Assembly (NCBI GenBank): GCA_965262915.1
Contig: OZ253564.1
Span: 4,288,001 to 4,352,000, forward strand
Source: Candidatus Spongiisociaceae bacterium
GTDB lineage: Bacteria; Actinomycetota; Acidimicrobiia; Spongiisociales; Spongiisociaceae
DNA length: 64,000 bases
Direction: 5' to 3'
The position numbers were made by a program, and so were the translations under genes. Shown here in pieces: positions 39,879 to 51,784 of the stretch. Positions within the stretch are counted from its first letter, which is position 1; each line of letters starts with the position of its first letter. Below the pieces are notes generated by a model. That model saw nothing but the letters and a program-made list of their open reading frames with translations. It searched no databases and had not been told where the DNA came from.

Positions 39879-41243
39879 CTAGTCGCCGGCGTCGGAGATG
39901 GACTCGGACAGGGTGGGATGCACCATCAGCGTCTCCATCAGGGTGTGGACCTTGATCTTCCCCCGGGTCGCCAGGGCCAGGATCCCGATCAGCTCCGACG
40001 CCCTGTGACCGACGACCGTGCCTCCCAGCACCACCCTGGTGGCCGGGTCGGAAACCACCTTGGCGAAGCCCCGGGTGCTTCCGTGGATAACGCTGCGAGG
40101 GTTGGCCGAAAAGGGTACCTTCGTGATCCGGACCTTTCGTCCTTCCGCCGCGGCGTCGGCCTCCTCCAGACCGACGGAGGCAATCTCGGGTTCGGTGAAT
40201 ACGGCCTGCGCGACCTTCGAGTAGTCGATGGCCTTACCCGGATGGCCGGTGGCATGTCGCGCCAGGTTGCGTCCCTGCTGGTTCGCCACCGAGGAGAGGA
40301 GCATCTGGCCGGTCACGTCGCCGGCCGCGTAGATGTGCGGAACAGAAGTACGCTGGTACTCGTCGACCACGATAAAGCCCCGGTCGGTCTTCACCCCTAC
40401 CTCCTCCAGGCCCAGGCCCTCGGTCAGCGGCACCGCGCCCACCGCTAGAAGCGCATGGCTTCCCCGAACCCGGCGGCCGTCCCCGACGTAGACGACCACG
40501 CCGTCCTCGGTAAGATCTATGTCCACCGCCCGGGCCCCCTTCAGGAGAGCGACACCGCGCTCCAGGAAGTCGATCTCCAGTGCCGCGGCCACCTCGGCGT
40601 CGCGGTGCGGGAGGACGTGGTGCCGGCTCACCAGCAGCGACACCTTCGATCCGAGGCTCTCGAAGATATGGACCATCTCCACCCCGGTCACACCCGACCC
40701 GATCACCACCACGTGTTCGGGCGGAGCAGGTAGATCGTAGACATGACGGGTCGTGAGTATCCGATCTCCGTCGACCTTCGCCCAGGCGGGTACGCGCGGT
40801 CGGGACCCGGTCGAGACGAGGGCTGCATCGAAGCGGATCGTCCGCTCCGTTCCGCCAGCCTCGGCGACGGCCAGGTTGGGACCCAGAAAGCGACCGCGAC
40901 CGTTCACGATGTCGATACCCTGGCTTGCCAGTAACTCGATGGAACGGCTTGAGATCATCGAGGTGATTTCGAGTATCCGGCCGGCCAGACGACCCAAGTC
41001 GACCCCCGCACCACGGTCGGCGATGCCCAGGTCTTCGGAATTGCGGATCGCCTGCATCCGGACGGACATCGCCGCCATCGTCTTCGACGGGATGCAGTCC
41101 CGGAGGTGAGCAGCGCCGCCGATCACCGAGTCCTCGACCAGGATCACGTCGGCGCCCAGGGCCGAGGCGGTGGTGGCCGCCGCTGTGCCGGCGGGGCCCC
41201 CGCCGATGATGAGGAACCGGAGAGGCGCATCCTCCCTGATCAT
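39879..41243 (-). CDS. lpdA: NAD(P)H:quinone dehydrogenase, mycobacterial LpdA-type flavoprotein
   Basis: IIGGGPAG, GGAAHLRDCIPSK (single Cys), GSGVTGVE, AAGDVTG, VHPTLSES. Confidence 0.82.
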   Translation of the reverse strand: MIREDAPLRFLIIGGGPAGTAAATTASALGADVILVEDSVIGGAAHLRDCIPSKTMAAMSVRMQAIRNSEDLGIADRGAGVDLGRLAGRILEITSMISSRSIELLASQGIDIVNGRGRFLGPNLAVAEAGGTERTIRFDAALVSTGSRPRVPAWAKVDGDRILTTRHVYDLPAPPEHVVVIGSGVTGVEMVHIFESLGSKVSLLVSRHHVLPHRDAEVAAALEIDFLERGVALLKGARAVDIDLTEDGVVVYVGDGRRVRGSHALLAVGAVPLTEGLGLEEVGVKTDRGFIVVDEYQRTSVPHIYAAGDVTGQMLLSSVANQQGRNLARHATGHPGKAIDYSKVAQAVFTEPEIASVGLEEADAAAEGRKVRITKVPFSANPRSVIHGSTRGFAKVVSDPATRVVLGGTVVGHRASELIGILALATRGKIKVHTLMETLMVHPTLSESISDAGD

Positions 41244-41256
41244 CTCCCTACCTCCC

Positions 41257-41361
41257 GAGGAGGGTGATGTGAAACCCGTAGACGGCCCGTCGACCGATGA
41301 CACAATGCCTGTTCCGAGGAAGACGGGCCGTTGCTTCCCATCGTCTTACAGCACTCTCCTA
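41257..41361. mobile_element. MITE copy E (reverse orientation)
   Basis: aggagggtgatgtgaaac ... ttacagcactctccta; core gtcgaccgatgacacaatgcctgttc identical to copy F. Confidence 0.75.
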
Positions 41362-41383
41362 CACATGGCCAGGATTCGGGCGC

Positions 41384-42958
<1,575 letters not shown>

Positions 42959-43184
42959 GGGCGCGGGTATCCTGACTAGCCGATGACCCGGCATCGTAGT
43001 AGTGGTCTGTAGGTGGAATGGCGGTGCGGCATGCAAACAGGACCCAGCGAATCATTCCACGGACAGACGGCTTACTCCCGGACCGCGGTAGTCCTAGCGG
43101 TCGGTAGGGCCTTGCGGGATAGCGCCCGAAGGACCCGGCAGGCTCCCGAGAGGCTCCCGGCATCATCCACCTCCCGGTGAGCGC

Positions 43185-45671
43185 ATGAACGAACCGACCA
43201 TCCACGACATCGAGCGGAGCGAGATCACCCGTAGGTGGTCGTTGGCGCTCGTCCTGACCATCGCCGTCACCCTGGTCCTCGCCACATGGATCGGCCTGTT
43301 CGGGTTCCTCGGCGCCAACGCCTCCTACGCGATGTTCGACCGGTTCGTGGAGCGGTGGGTACCGGAGACCGCGACCGAGGCCACCTTGTTCAACCTGCCG
43401 GAACTCTCCCAGGTCTCCCAGGTCTCCCGGATCTACACCGAGAACGGAAGGCAGCTGGCCGAGTTGCACGCCGGACGGATCTCGGAGCCGGCTCGCCTCT
43501 GGGAGATACCTGACGCCCTCATCTACGCGGTGCTGGCAGCCGAGGACGGCGACTACTTCGAGCACGAGGGGATCGACTTCGCCGCCATCGTGAGCGCCAT
43601 GCGGGACTACGTGACCGGCGCGTCCCGCCGCGGCGGCTCGACGATCACCCAGCAGATCGTCAAGAAGAACATCGTGGGTGACGAGTTGACCATCCAGCGC
43701 AAGATCCTGGAAGCGCTCTACGCCATCGAATTGGAGCAGCGGTACTCCAAGCGGGAGATTCTCGAGTTCTACCTCAACTCGGTCTACTTCGGCTGGTCGG
43801 CCTACGGGGTCAAGGCTGCGGCGTTGGAGTACTTCAAAAAGGAGCTGGCCGACCTGACGATCGCCGAGGCCGCGACCCTCGCGGTCACGATCCGGAATCC
43901 TTCCCTCTACGACCCCAGGCGCCAGCAGGAGCGCGCCCATGACCGGCGCGACGACGTGATCGACGCGATGGCCACCTCCGGCTTCATCAGCTTCGACCAG
44001 GCGGCTGAGGCCAGGGACGAGCCCTTCGTGATCCAGCCGCCTTCCCAGTTCCAGAGCCCGGCGGAGCACGTGGTGGCCGAGGTACGCCGCCAGCTTCTCA
44101 ACGACAACGAGTTCGCTTCTTCCCTGGGCGCCACCAAAGAGGAACGGAGGCGGGCGATCTTCGGTTGCCCCGCCCACGAGGTGGACTGTGAAGGCGGCGG
44201 GGGTCTCGAGATCTACGTCACGGTCGACCTGGACATCCAGCAGGCGGCGAACCGGATTCTCCAGTCATGGCTACCGGTCCCCGGAAGCGACTTCACCGAC
44301 GCCAGAGGCGCCCCGACCGGCGCCATCGCCATGGTCGAGAACCACACGGGAGCGGTGCTGGCCATGTCTTCGGGCCTCCCCTTCGAGCAGGAGCAGTTCG
44401 ACCTCGCCATCCAGGGCAGGAGGAACCCGGGGTCGGCCTTCAAGCCGTTCGTGCTCGCCGCCTATCTCGAAGGCGGAGGGAGCCTCCAGTCCTACCGGGA
44501 TGCCCGCAGCCCGATCGAGATCGAGTGCGAGGACCCCTGCGGTCCCGACGGCGGCTACATCTGGACGGTGCGCAACGCCGGGCGGGTCGACGACCTGATC
44601 ACCATCGCCAAGGCCACCGAGTCCTCGGTGAACGTCGTATATGCGCAGCTGGCGGTGGAGGTCGGTCCGAAGGCCATCATCCGCACCGCCCACGACATGG
44701 GTATCACATCGGAACTGGAGGAGGTGTACTCCCTGGCTCTGGGGGCCGGGGTGGTGAGTCCGCTGGAGATGGCCGCCGCCTACAGCACGCTGGCCACCAA
44801 CGGTGTCCACGCCGAGCCCTACCTGATTTCCCGCATCACCACCGGCACGGGGGAGGTCATCTACGAGCGGGACGTGCGGACCTACCAGGCTATCGATCCG
44901 GTCCTGGCTGCCGCGGTCCGCAAGCCCATGGAAAGGGTGGTGTGTTGCGGCACGGCCAGCCGGGCCATCATCGAGGGCGTCCCCCAGGCAGGAAAGACCG
45001 GCACCCACCAGGCATACCGGGACGCCTGGTTCGTCGGTTACGTTCCCAACTTCACGACCGCCGTGTGGGTCGGTTTCCCGGACGAGCAGGTGGCCCTGCG
45101 CGACGTGGTGATCAACGGCGAGAAGTACACGAGGGTGTTCGGTGGCTTGGTTCCCGCCCCGATATGGAAGGAGTTCATGGAGGTGGTACTCGCCAAGTAC
45201 CCGACAGGTGAGTTCCCGAGCAGTCTGGGAACCCGTCTATACAACGAGGTCCCGTTCACCGAGGTCCCTGACGTGGTGGGCCTCCACTCGGAGGAAGCCC
45301 TCGATGCCGTGCTAGCCGCCCGGCTGCTGCCGGAGGTGGAGGAGGTCGCCTCGCCCGAGGCCCCCGACACCGTGTTGCGAACCGACCCGGAAGCAGGCGA
45401 GGAGGCCGACGAGGGCTCGGCCGTACTGGTGCAGGTGTCCACCGGTCTTCCCACGCTCGTCGTGCCCGATCTGGTGGGCCAAGAGCCCCGCACCGCGCTC
45501 GAGTCGCTCCGGACCGCGCAGGAACAGGCGTCCATCGACCTCTCGGTCGAGATGCTCTACGAACCGGTCAGCGATCTCGAACAGGTGGATCGGGTGGTCC
45601 GTACCGAACCGGCCGCCGGTGAGCCCATCGACTCCGATGGCACGCTCTTCCTGGTGATCGGGACCGAATAG
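43185..45671 (+). CDS. Class A penicillin-binding protein (transglycosylase-transpeptidase) with PASTA domains
   Basis: AAEDGDYFEH, GGSTITQQ, YLNSVYFG, SAFK, SVN, KTG; two VPDxVG PASTA repeats. Confidence 0.95.
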   Translation: MNEPTIHDIERSEITRRWSLALVLTIAVTLVLATWIGLFGFLGANASYAMFDRFVERWVPETATEATLFNLPELSQVSQVSRIYTENGRQLAELHAGRISEPARLWEIPDALIYAVLAAEDGDYFEHEGIDFAAIVSAMRDYVTGASRRGGSTITQQIVKKNIVGDELTIQRKILEALYAIELEQRYSKREILEFYLNSVYFGWSAYGVKAAALEYFKKELADLTIAEAATLAVTIRNPSLYDPRRQQERAHDRRDDVIDAMATSGFISFDQAAEARDEPFVIQPPSQFQSPAEHVVAEVRRQLLNDNEFASSLGATKEERRRAIFGCPAHEVDCEGGGGLEIYVTVDLDIQQAANRILQSWLPVPGSDFTDARGAPTGAIAMVENHTGAVLAMSSGLPFEQEQFDLAIQGRRNPGSAFKPFVLAAYLEGGGSLQSYRDARSPIEIECEDPCGPDGGYIWTVRNAGRVDDLITIAKATESSVNVVYAQLAVEVGPKAIIRTAHDMGITSELEEVYSLALGAGVVSPLEMAAAYSTLATNGVHAEPYLISRITTGTGEVIYERDVRTYQAIDPVLAAAVRKPMERVVCCGTASRAIIEGVPQAGKTGTHQAYRDAWFVGYVPNFTTAVWVGFPDEQVALRDVVINGEKYTRVFGGLVPAPIWKEFMEVVLAKYPTGEFPSSLGTRLYNEVPFTEVPDVVGLHSEEALDAVLAARLLPEVEEVASPEAPDTVLRTDPEAGEEADEGSAVLVQVSTGLPTLVVPDLVGQEPRTALESLRTAQEQASIDLSVEMLYEPVSDLEQVDRVVRTEPAAGEPIDSDGTLFLVIGTE

Positions 45672-45783
45672 AGAAGCCTTGCAGGCTATGCGGAGTCCCG
45701 GCGAAGAGCGTTCTTCTGTAGGATGACAAAAATAGTCGCTAACTAACTATTGGAAACCAACGTTATCTATGTATACTAGTGCC

Positions 45784-46263
45784 ATGCGGTTCGCAGCGCC
45801 CGGAACTGTCCGTTTGGATGATAGTCCTCCCGTCGCCACGGACATCGCGCCGAAACCGGGCGCCGCGGTCCGCATCTCCAGCCAGCAGAGATACCACATC
45901 ACCCCCCGCCTGTGGCCGCAGAGGCTCAAAGGTGGTGTCGATCCGTCCCACGCCTACGTCCGCACCTACTGGACGGCGGTGCTGGGGGCCGGCGCGGTGG
46001 CGGAACTGCTCCGCGTGATCGCCGCGGCAAAGCATGAAGCGGCCATCCCGCATCCGGTCTTCCTTCCCGTACTGTGCCGCGAAGGGCTGGTCCACTACGC
46101 CAGGCGGGCGGTTTGGGTGCGGGATCTGGTTCCGCCCCTCGGTCGGCGCCACCTGGCGCGCCTCACGCCTGCCCTCCGGCAACGCCACGACCGCGACCTC
46201 GCCGCGGCCCGCCATGGATGGCCGGTGGCCGGCCGCGCGGCGCCGGTCGTCGGCGGGGGGTGA
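45784..46263 (+). CDS. Hypothetical protein
   Basis: Plausible ORF (DPSHAYVRTYWTAVLGAGAVAELLR) after an AT-rich promoter-like region; alternative start 45769. Confidence 0.6.
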   Translation: MRFAAPGTVRLDDSPPVATDIAPKPGAAVRISSQQRYHITPRLWPQRLKGGVDPSHAYVRTYWTAVLGAGAVAELLRVIAAAKHEAAIPHPVFLPVLCREGLVHYARRAVWVRDLVPPLGRRHLARLTPALRQRHDRDLAAARHGWPVAGRAAPVVGGG

Positions 46264-46343
46264 TCAGCGACCGGCCGATCCTCCACTCGGCGTCGCTGTC
46301 CGCCCAGCCACCGAGTTCCCTGCCGATTGGGATCCGGCGGGGT

Positions 46344-46450
46344 CCGAGAGGATGGTGCAAACCCCTTCACGGCCCTGTCGACCGATGACACAATGCCTGT
46401 TCAGCAGAAGACGGCCCGTTGCTCCCCACCGTTTGCACCACCCTCCTCGG
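46344..46450. mobile_element. MITE copy F
   Basis: ccgagaggatggtgcaaac ... gtttgcaccaccctcctcgg inverted ends. Confidence 0.78.
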
Positions 46451-46473
46451 GAACGAACTGTCGACTGCCTACC

Positions 46474-47244
46474 ATGGGCACCACCATGCCGGACCCCATC
46501 GAAGCCGCCGCTGCCCTGCTGCACGGCTCGACCCGCATCCTGATCTTCACCGGGGCAGGGGTATCCACCGAGTCGGGAATACCCGACTTTCGCGGCCCCG
46601 ACGGCCTGTGGAAGAAGGTCGACCCCGACGACTTCACCATCGCCCGCTACCTGTCCTCGGCGGGTGCCCGGAAACGAAGCTGGATCAGGTGGTCGACCTC
46701 CCCCCTGCGGCATGCCCGACCCAACGCCGCCCACCGGGCGGTCACCGAGTTGGCCGGGATGGGGCGGCTGGAAGGGTGTGTCACCCAGAACATCGACGGC
46801 CTCCACCAGGCAGCCGGCCTACCCGACGAGTTGACGGTCGAGGTACACGGCAACGTGTGGTCGGTTCTCTGCCTCGTCTGCCCCGCGCGGTGGCCGACCG
46901 AGGAGGTGTTCGCCCGGGTGGAGAGCGGGGACGAGGATCCGCACTGCCCCCACTGCGGGGGCATCATCAAGCTGACGGTGATCTCCTTCGGCCAGGCCAT
47001 GCCGGCCGGCGAGATGAACCGCGCCTACGCCATGGCCCGCCACACCGATGGGGTGGTCGCCGTCGGTACCACCCTCTCGGTGTGGCCCGCGGCGGACATC
47101 CCCTTGGCGGCCGCCCGCAGGGGTGTCCCATTCGTGATCATCAACATGGGCCCCACCGATTTGGACAGCAGCGCCGACGTTGCCGTCGAGCAGCCCGCCG
47201 GAAAGGCCATGACCCGGCTGGTGGCGTTGCTCCGGGAGGGATGA
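46474..47244 (+). CDS. cobB: Sir2-family NAD-dependent protein deacylase
   Basis: FTGAGVSTESGIPDFRG, TQNIDGLH, HG, CxxC...CxxC, GTTLSVWPA. Confidence 0.92.
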   Translation: MGTTMPDPIEAAAALLHGSTRILIFTGAGVSTESGIPDFRGPDGLWKKVDPDDFTIARYLSSAGARKRSWIRWSTSPLRHARPNAAHRAVTELAGMGRLEGCVTQNIDGLHQAAGLPDELTVEVHGNVWSVLCLVCPARWPTEEVFARVESGDEDPHCPHCGGIIKLTVISFGQAMPAGEMNRAYAMARHTDGVVAVGTTLSVWPAADIPLAAARRGVPFVIINMGPTDLDSSADVAVEQPAGKAMTRLVALLREG

Positions 47245-47330
47245 CGGGCATTCGAGCCGCGCGGAGGCCTACCGGGGAGGGATCACGGTTGCCATCCTCA
47301 ATCGGCACCGGGGTCGGGTACCCTGCCTCT

Positions 47331-48497
47331 ATGACCGCCTCCTACATCGACATGGTCGTCGCAGCCCGCCGCCGCATCCGGGAGATGTCGGTGGACGAGT
47401 TGTGGGCCTCGCTCGACAGCGGACAGGTAATGCTGATCGACGTGCGGGAGGGAGTGGAATGGGAGCAGGGGAAGATCCCGGGCGCCTGCCACATTCCGCG
47501 CGGCGTCCTGGAAGGCAACATCCACCGGCTAGGCGGGCCGACCGACCGCACCATCGTGCTTTACTGCTCCGTGGGCGCCCGCTCCGCTCTGGCCGCCCAG
47601 ACCCTCGAGACGATGGGATACCCAGGCGCCTGCTCGCTGGCGGGCGGCTTCCAAGCCTGGAAGACCCGGGGGGGACCGTGGGACATGCCGACCGGTCTTT
47701 CCACCGCCCAGCAGGGCCGCTACGACCGTCACCTCCGGCTTCCGGGGGTGGGAGAGCCGGGCCAGCGCAGGCTACTCGGCGCCCGGGTGCTGATCCTGGG
47801 CGCGGGCGGCCTCGGGTCACCGGCCGCCCTCTACCTGGCAGCAGCGGGGGTCGGAACGATCGGTATCGTCGACCACGACCGGGTGGACATCACCAACCTC
47901 CAGCGCCAGATCCTCCACGACGTGCGGTCGGTAGGTCGCAACAAGACCGAGTCGGCTCGCCACACCCTCGAGGCGCTCAACCCCGACGTGTCGGTCCAGA
48001 CCCATCAGGTGCGGCTGGAGGCGGCGGGAGTCCTCCAACTCCTGGACGGCTACGACCTCGTGATCGACGGTAGCGACAACTTCCCCACCCGCTACCTGCT
48101 CAACGACGCCTCGATACGCCTCGGAATCCCGGTGGTACACGGCTCGGTGTTCCGCTTCGAGGGTCAGGTGAGCCTGTTCGATCCCGCCTCGGGACCCTGC
48201 TACCGGTGCCTCTTCCCCCAACCCCCGTCTCCCGATCTGGCCCCCAACTGCGACGAGGCAGGCGTGCTGGGCGTACTCCCCGGCGTGATAGGAACCCTGC
48301 AGGCGACCGAGGCGCTCAAGTGGCTGCTCGGCATAGGCGATCCCCTTGTGGGAAGGATCCTCCTCTACGACGCCCTCACGCAGCGGTTCCGTACCCTCAC
48401 CTTCTCCAAGTCCGCCGACTGCCCCGCCTGCGGCGACCCCGAACGTCCCCCGCCGCTGGTGGACTATGACGAGACCTGCGTAGCCGGTGGCCGGTAG
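47331..48497 (+). CDS. moeB: Rhodanese-ThiF/MoeB fusion (molybdopterin-synthase adenylyltransferase)
   Basis: IDVRE, YCSVGARS, RYDRH, GAGGLG, NLQRQ, PCYRCLFP, CPAC. Confidence 0.9.
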   Translation: MTASYIDMVVAARRRIREMSVDELWASLDSGQVMLIDVREGVEWEQGKIPGACHIPRGVLEGNIHRLGGPTDRTIVLYCSVGARSALAAQTLETMGYPGACSLAGGFQAWKTRGGPWDMPTGLSTAQQGRYDRHLRLPGVGEPGQRRLLGARVLILGAGGLGSPAALYLAAAGVGTIGIVDHDRVDITNLQRQILHDVRSVGRNKTESARHTLEALNPDVSVQTHQVRLEAAGVLQLLDGYDLVIDGSDNFPTRYLLNDASIRLGIPVVHGSVFRFEGQVSLFDPASGPCYRCLFPQPPSPDLAPNCDEAGVLGVLPGVIGTLQATEALKWLLGIGDPLVGRILLYDALTQRFRTLTFSKSADCPACGDPERPPPLVDYDETCVAGGR

Positions 48498-48564
48498 CCA
48501 CTAGCCGGCAACCGGTTGCCGATGGTCCGTGGCGGGAGGGCGGCGCGTTCAGCGAGCAGGACGA

Positions 48565-49230
48565 TCACATAAGCGCGACGCGATAGGACGCCAGGATCCC
48601 CTCGACGTAGAGCCGGCCAGCTCCGGCATCGAGGTTCTGGTCGCCCGGCGGAACCGGTAGGCCGTCGGTCACTTCCTCGAAGCAATCGTCCGGGCAGCGG
48701 TCCGCGTAGAAGACGTAGGCGAAGCTCTCGGGCTCCCGACGCGATGGCCATGTCAGACCACCGGCCCATGGCGCCCAGCCTCGTATCGCCGAGGACCACC
48801 GGCGCGTCATCGCGTAGTCGGCGGCCGGCGCGACCGTAAGCCAAGTGTCCTGTCCTACCGCGGCGAGATCCCTGCCCGAGCGGAGGCTCACGAGTTCCAT
48901 ATCGAGTGTGGTGGTCATCCAGCTGACCCGTAGGGTCGAGAGCCTGGCGCGCGGGAGCAGGCGGGCGCCGCGTTCGTCGATCGGGAGATCGCGGAGCAGC
49001 GTTTCGGAGACAACGGTTCCATCGTCCTCTGCAGCGTATAGGAACGGGTGAACATCATCGGGGGTGGCGTCGAAGCGGCCTCCCGACAGATCACTCCCGG
49101 CGAGCGTCGGGTTGAACATCGTCACGTGGAAGGCTGCGCTATGGATTCGCGTCAGCCTCGTTCCTGCCGGAAGCAGGAACCGGCGTGGCATGTCGTCGTA
49201 GCGAGGGGGAGGCGCCTGGTTCGGCGACAA
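48565..49230 (-). CDS. RES-domain protein (putative NAD+ phosphorylase toxin)
   Basis: GGRFD, LYAA..VVSETLLR, WPSR. Confidence 0.85.
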   Translation of the reverse strand: MSPNQAPPPRYDDMPRRFLLPAGTRLTRIHSAAFHVTMFNPTLAGSDLSGGRFDATPDDVHPFLYAAEDDGTVVSETLLRDLPIDERGARLLPRARLSTLRVSWMTTTLDMELVSLRSGRDLAAVGQDTWLTVAPAADYAMTRRWSSAIRGWAPWAGGLTWPSRREPESFAYVFYADRCPDDCFEEVTDGLPVPPGDQNLDAGAGRLYVEGILASYRVALM

Positions 49231-49237
49231 GGGCCGC

Positions 49238-49957
49238 CTACCCGACCGGCTCGACGACCGCCTCCGCCACGGCTATCAGTTCGTCGGCTCGGTCGGTCCC
49301 GACGAGATCGACAGGCCGGGCGCCGAGGCGCGCGTGGAGGGAGATCCACCAGGACGCAACACCCCACGGATCGCCGGCGGCCTCCAGCCGTTCGTTCACC
49401 GCCCGCACATCGGCGAATACATCACGTCGCCCCGAGTCGAACTGGAACGCCGGATAGAGATACCCGCGACCCGATGCCAGGCCCAGCAGCCACGAACGCA
49501 CGCGATACCTGCGGACCTTCTCACGGTTGGTCCCCTTCGCTCCGAGGGCGACGGCAGCATCTCTCGCCTCGAGCATGGGCTCACGCCAGATCGTCTGTAT
49601 CGCCTCCCCCTGGAGCCTGGCCTGAGCCATGACCGTCTGCTCGAACCGGTCCAGCACGCGGCGTGGTTCCCCTCCGAGCCTCCGAGCCAGGTCCTTGGCC
49701 TGCGCGAGCAGTGTCAACCAACTCCGTAGCCGGTACTCATCGCCCCGCAGCGCATGATGGCGTGCGGCGAGACACGCCGCCGCGTCGAGCAGATCCGCCT
49801 CCCCGAACGACGGCCCGGCTGCAGGGCGCACCGGAATCTCGCCGACGTCCGCACCCCGACGCAACACGAGCGTCATGAGCGCCTGTTCCAGATCCTCATC
49901 GCTGAGTTCCGGATCCAAGTCCCGGATTCGCCTGTCGAACTCCGTCCGGCTCGCCAA
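49238..49957 (-). CDS. Putative antitoxin partner of the RES toxin
   Basis: Immediately upstream and co-oriented; YLYPAFQF, WGVASWW..HARLGARPVDL (MbcA/Xre-C-like tail). Confidence 0.7.
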   Translation of the reverse strand: MASRTEFDRRIRDLDPELSDEDLEQALMTLVLRRGADVGEIPVRPAAGPSFGEADLLDAAACLAARHHALRGDEYRLRSWLTLLAQAKDLARRLGGEPRRVLDRFEQTVMAQARLQGEAIQTIWREPMLEARDAAVALGAKGTNREKVRRYRVRSWLLGLASGRGYLYPAFQFDSGRRDVFADVRAVNERLEAAGDPWGVASWWISLHARLGARPVDLVGTDRADELIAVAEAVVEPVG

Positions 49958-49993
49958 CGGGACCGCCTCCTCCCTCTTGCTGACGGTAGTACC

Positions 49994-50021
49994 ATTATCC
50001 CATTGACGTCACGACCGTCAA
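49994..50021 (-). promoter_or_regulatory. Promoter with overlapping palindromic operator for the RES module
   Basis: Minus strand TTGACG-N16-GATAAT; palindrome ttgacg-N7-cgtcaa at 50003-50021. Confidence 0.55.
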
Positions 50022-50110
50022 CCCGAAGCGCGCGGAGGCGGGGCGACACTACCGCTCGGTCGGTAGCCGGTAGCCGCTTACAGGTGGTCCGCAGCGGGAC
50101 GGCGCCGAGT

Positions 50111-51388
50111 TCAGCGGGCTCCGAAGCCGCTGAGGACGGTCCAGCAGGTGCGCCCGAGTATCTCCAAGTCGAGCCAGGGACTCATGTGCTTCAGGTAGAA
50201 GAGGTCGTAGGTGAGCTTGTCGATGGTGTCCGCATCGCTGTCGGCGTACCCGTAGTTCACCTGTGCCCAGCCGGTGAGTCCCGGACGGACCAAGTGGCGG
50301 TGCTCGTAGAAGGGTATGGTCCGGGAGAACCGCTCTACGAACTCCACCTGCTCGGGGCGGGGACCGACCAGGCTCAGATCTCCCTTGAGGACGTTCCAAA
50401 GCTGCGGTAGTTCGTCCAGCCGGAAGCGGCGCAGCCAGCGGCCCACGGGCACGACGCGGTCATCCCGCTCCCGGGTGAACGAAGGCCCGTGCAGCTCCGA
50501 GCCCTCCCACATCGACCGGAACTTGTACTGAGTGAACGGCACTCCGCCCCGGCCTACCCGCGTCTGGCGGAAGACTATCGATCCCGCCGAGCTGAGAAGG
50601 ATGGAAGCCGCTACCCACCCTGCTATCACCAACGTCAGCGGAGCAGTCACCAGGACAGCCAGCAGGTCGAACATCCGCTTGCCGGGTAGGTAGGGGGCCG
50701 TCCGTAGAACGGGTGCAGAGAGCTCCCAGCCTTCCACCAGGGCGACCACCGGCATTCGGCCGGTATGCATCTCGTAGATCTGGGTCAGGGGGCGCACGTC
50801 GAATCCGGCCAGCGTGCACGAAGAGACATATTGGGCCATGCGGTCCGACAGGACCGACTTGAGATCGATCCCCAGGACCACCCCGGGAGCGAGAGGCTCG
50901 ATCTGCCCGGTCGTCGACGGGTCGAGGAGCGAGACGACGTTTGCATGGGGCGCATTGCGCAGATCGTCGACCAACCCTTTCTCATCGGTCACCAGCACCA
51001 TCGACTCCGTCCACGGCCGGCGCCGGTGTAGTGCCCGATGCCCCACGGCCCCGAGCAGGAACAACGCCATCGACCATCCGATGAGCGACCTCGAGAAGTA
51101 GACCCTGGTGGCGACCAGCGACAGCGAGGTGGTACCCAGGACTATGAGCATCACCGCGAGCGCCCTGCCGTAGCTGGGACGCGGGGCGCTGCCCACCAGT
51201 AGCCTCGAAACGACCCACTCAGCCAGGGCGAGACCGCCAAACATGATCGCAAGCAGCGAGACCACCTGCGGTTCGAACCGCCACGGAAAGGGGGTACCGA
51301 AATTGACCAGCGATCCCACGGCGATCGATACCGCCAGGGTCGCCCCGTCGAGCAGGGCTTGGGTCCGCAAGATTCTGAGCCGCATCAT
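50111..51388 (-). CDS. Polyprenyl glycosylphosphotransferase (priming sugar transferase)
   Basis: KRMFD, FRQTRVG, KFRSM, LRRFRLDELPQLWNVLKGDLSLVGPRP, RPGLTGWAQV. Confidence 0.95.
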   Translation of the reverse strand: MMRLRILRTQALLDGATLAVSIAVGSLVNFGTPFPWRFEPQVVSLLAIMFGGLALAEWVVSRLLVGSAPRPSYGRALAVMLIVLGTTSLSLVATRVYFSRSLIGWSMALFLLGAVGHRALHRRRPWTESMVLVTDEKGLVDDLRNAPHANVVSLLDPSTTGQIEPLAPGVVLGIDLKSVLSDRMAQYVSSCTLAGFDVRPLTQIYEMHTGRMPVVALVEGWELSAPVLRTAPYLPGKRMFDLLAVLVTAPLTLVIAGWVAASILLSSAGSIVFRQTRVGRGGVPFTQYKFRSMWEGSELHGPSFTRERDDRVVPVGRWLRRFRLDELPQLWNVLKGDLSLVGPRPEQVEFVERFSRTIPFYEHRHLVRPGLTGWAQVNYGYADSDADTIDKLTYDLFYLKHMSPWLDLEILGRTCWTVLSGFGAR

Positions 51389-51681
51389 CAGCCTGTCGCG
51401 TGTGGCCGGGTAGGGAAGATCAGACTAGCCCAAGAACCGGCGTCCGGCCGCCCTCGAACATAGGGAACGGTCGAGATCCGTTCTCAGGAGCCCGTAGTTG
51501 CGTGTCATCGCCACGGTGAAGTGAGTACGTAACAGAGATACGGGCACCAGGACCCGGATCGACTGCTCGATCCACCCCACCAGCGGAACAGCCACAGCCA
51601 ACCAGATAGAAGGAGAAGACGCCGGCGCGATCGACGCAGGGAGGAGATGGCCAGGACCGTAGAACCCTGTCGACCGCGTGC

Positions 51682-51784
51682 CGGGAGGGTGCTGAGAAAC
51701 CCCCGACGGCCCGACGGTCAAGGACAGAATGCCACTTCAGCGGACGATGGGATAACCATTCGACCCGTCATTCAGCGCCCCTAA
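51682..51784. mobile_element. MITE copy G
   Basis: gggagggtgctgagaaac ... ttcagcgccccta; reverse complement of the copy D core. Confidence 0.75.

Noticed and set aside
39879-41243. Dihydrolipoamide dehydrogenase or a CoM-disulfide reductase
   Set aside because: Only one Cys in the redox motif, as in LpdA-type quinone reductases; backbone position.
51425-51721. 98-aa ORF
   Set aside because: Its start lies inside a MITE and it has no recognisable motif; possibly a remnant, but unsupported.
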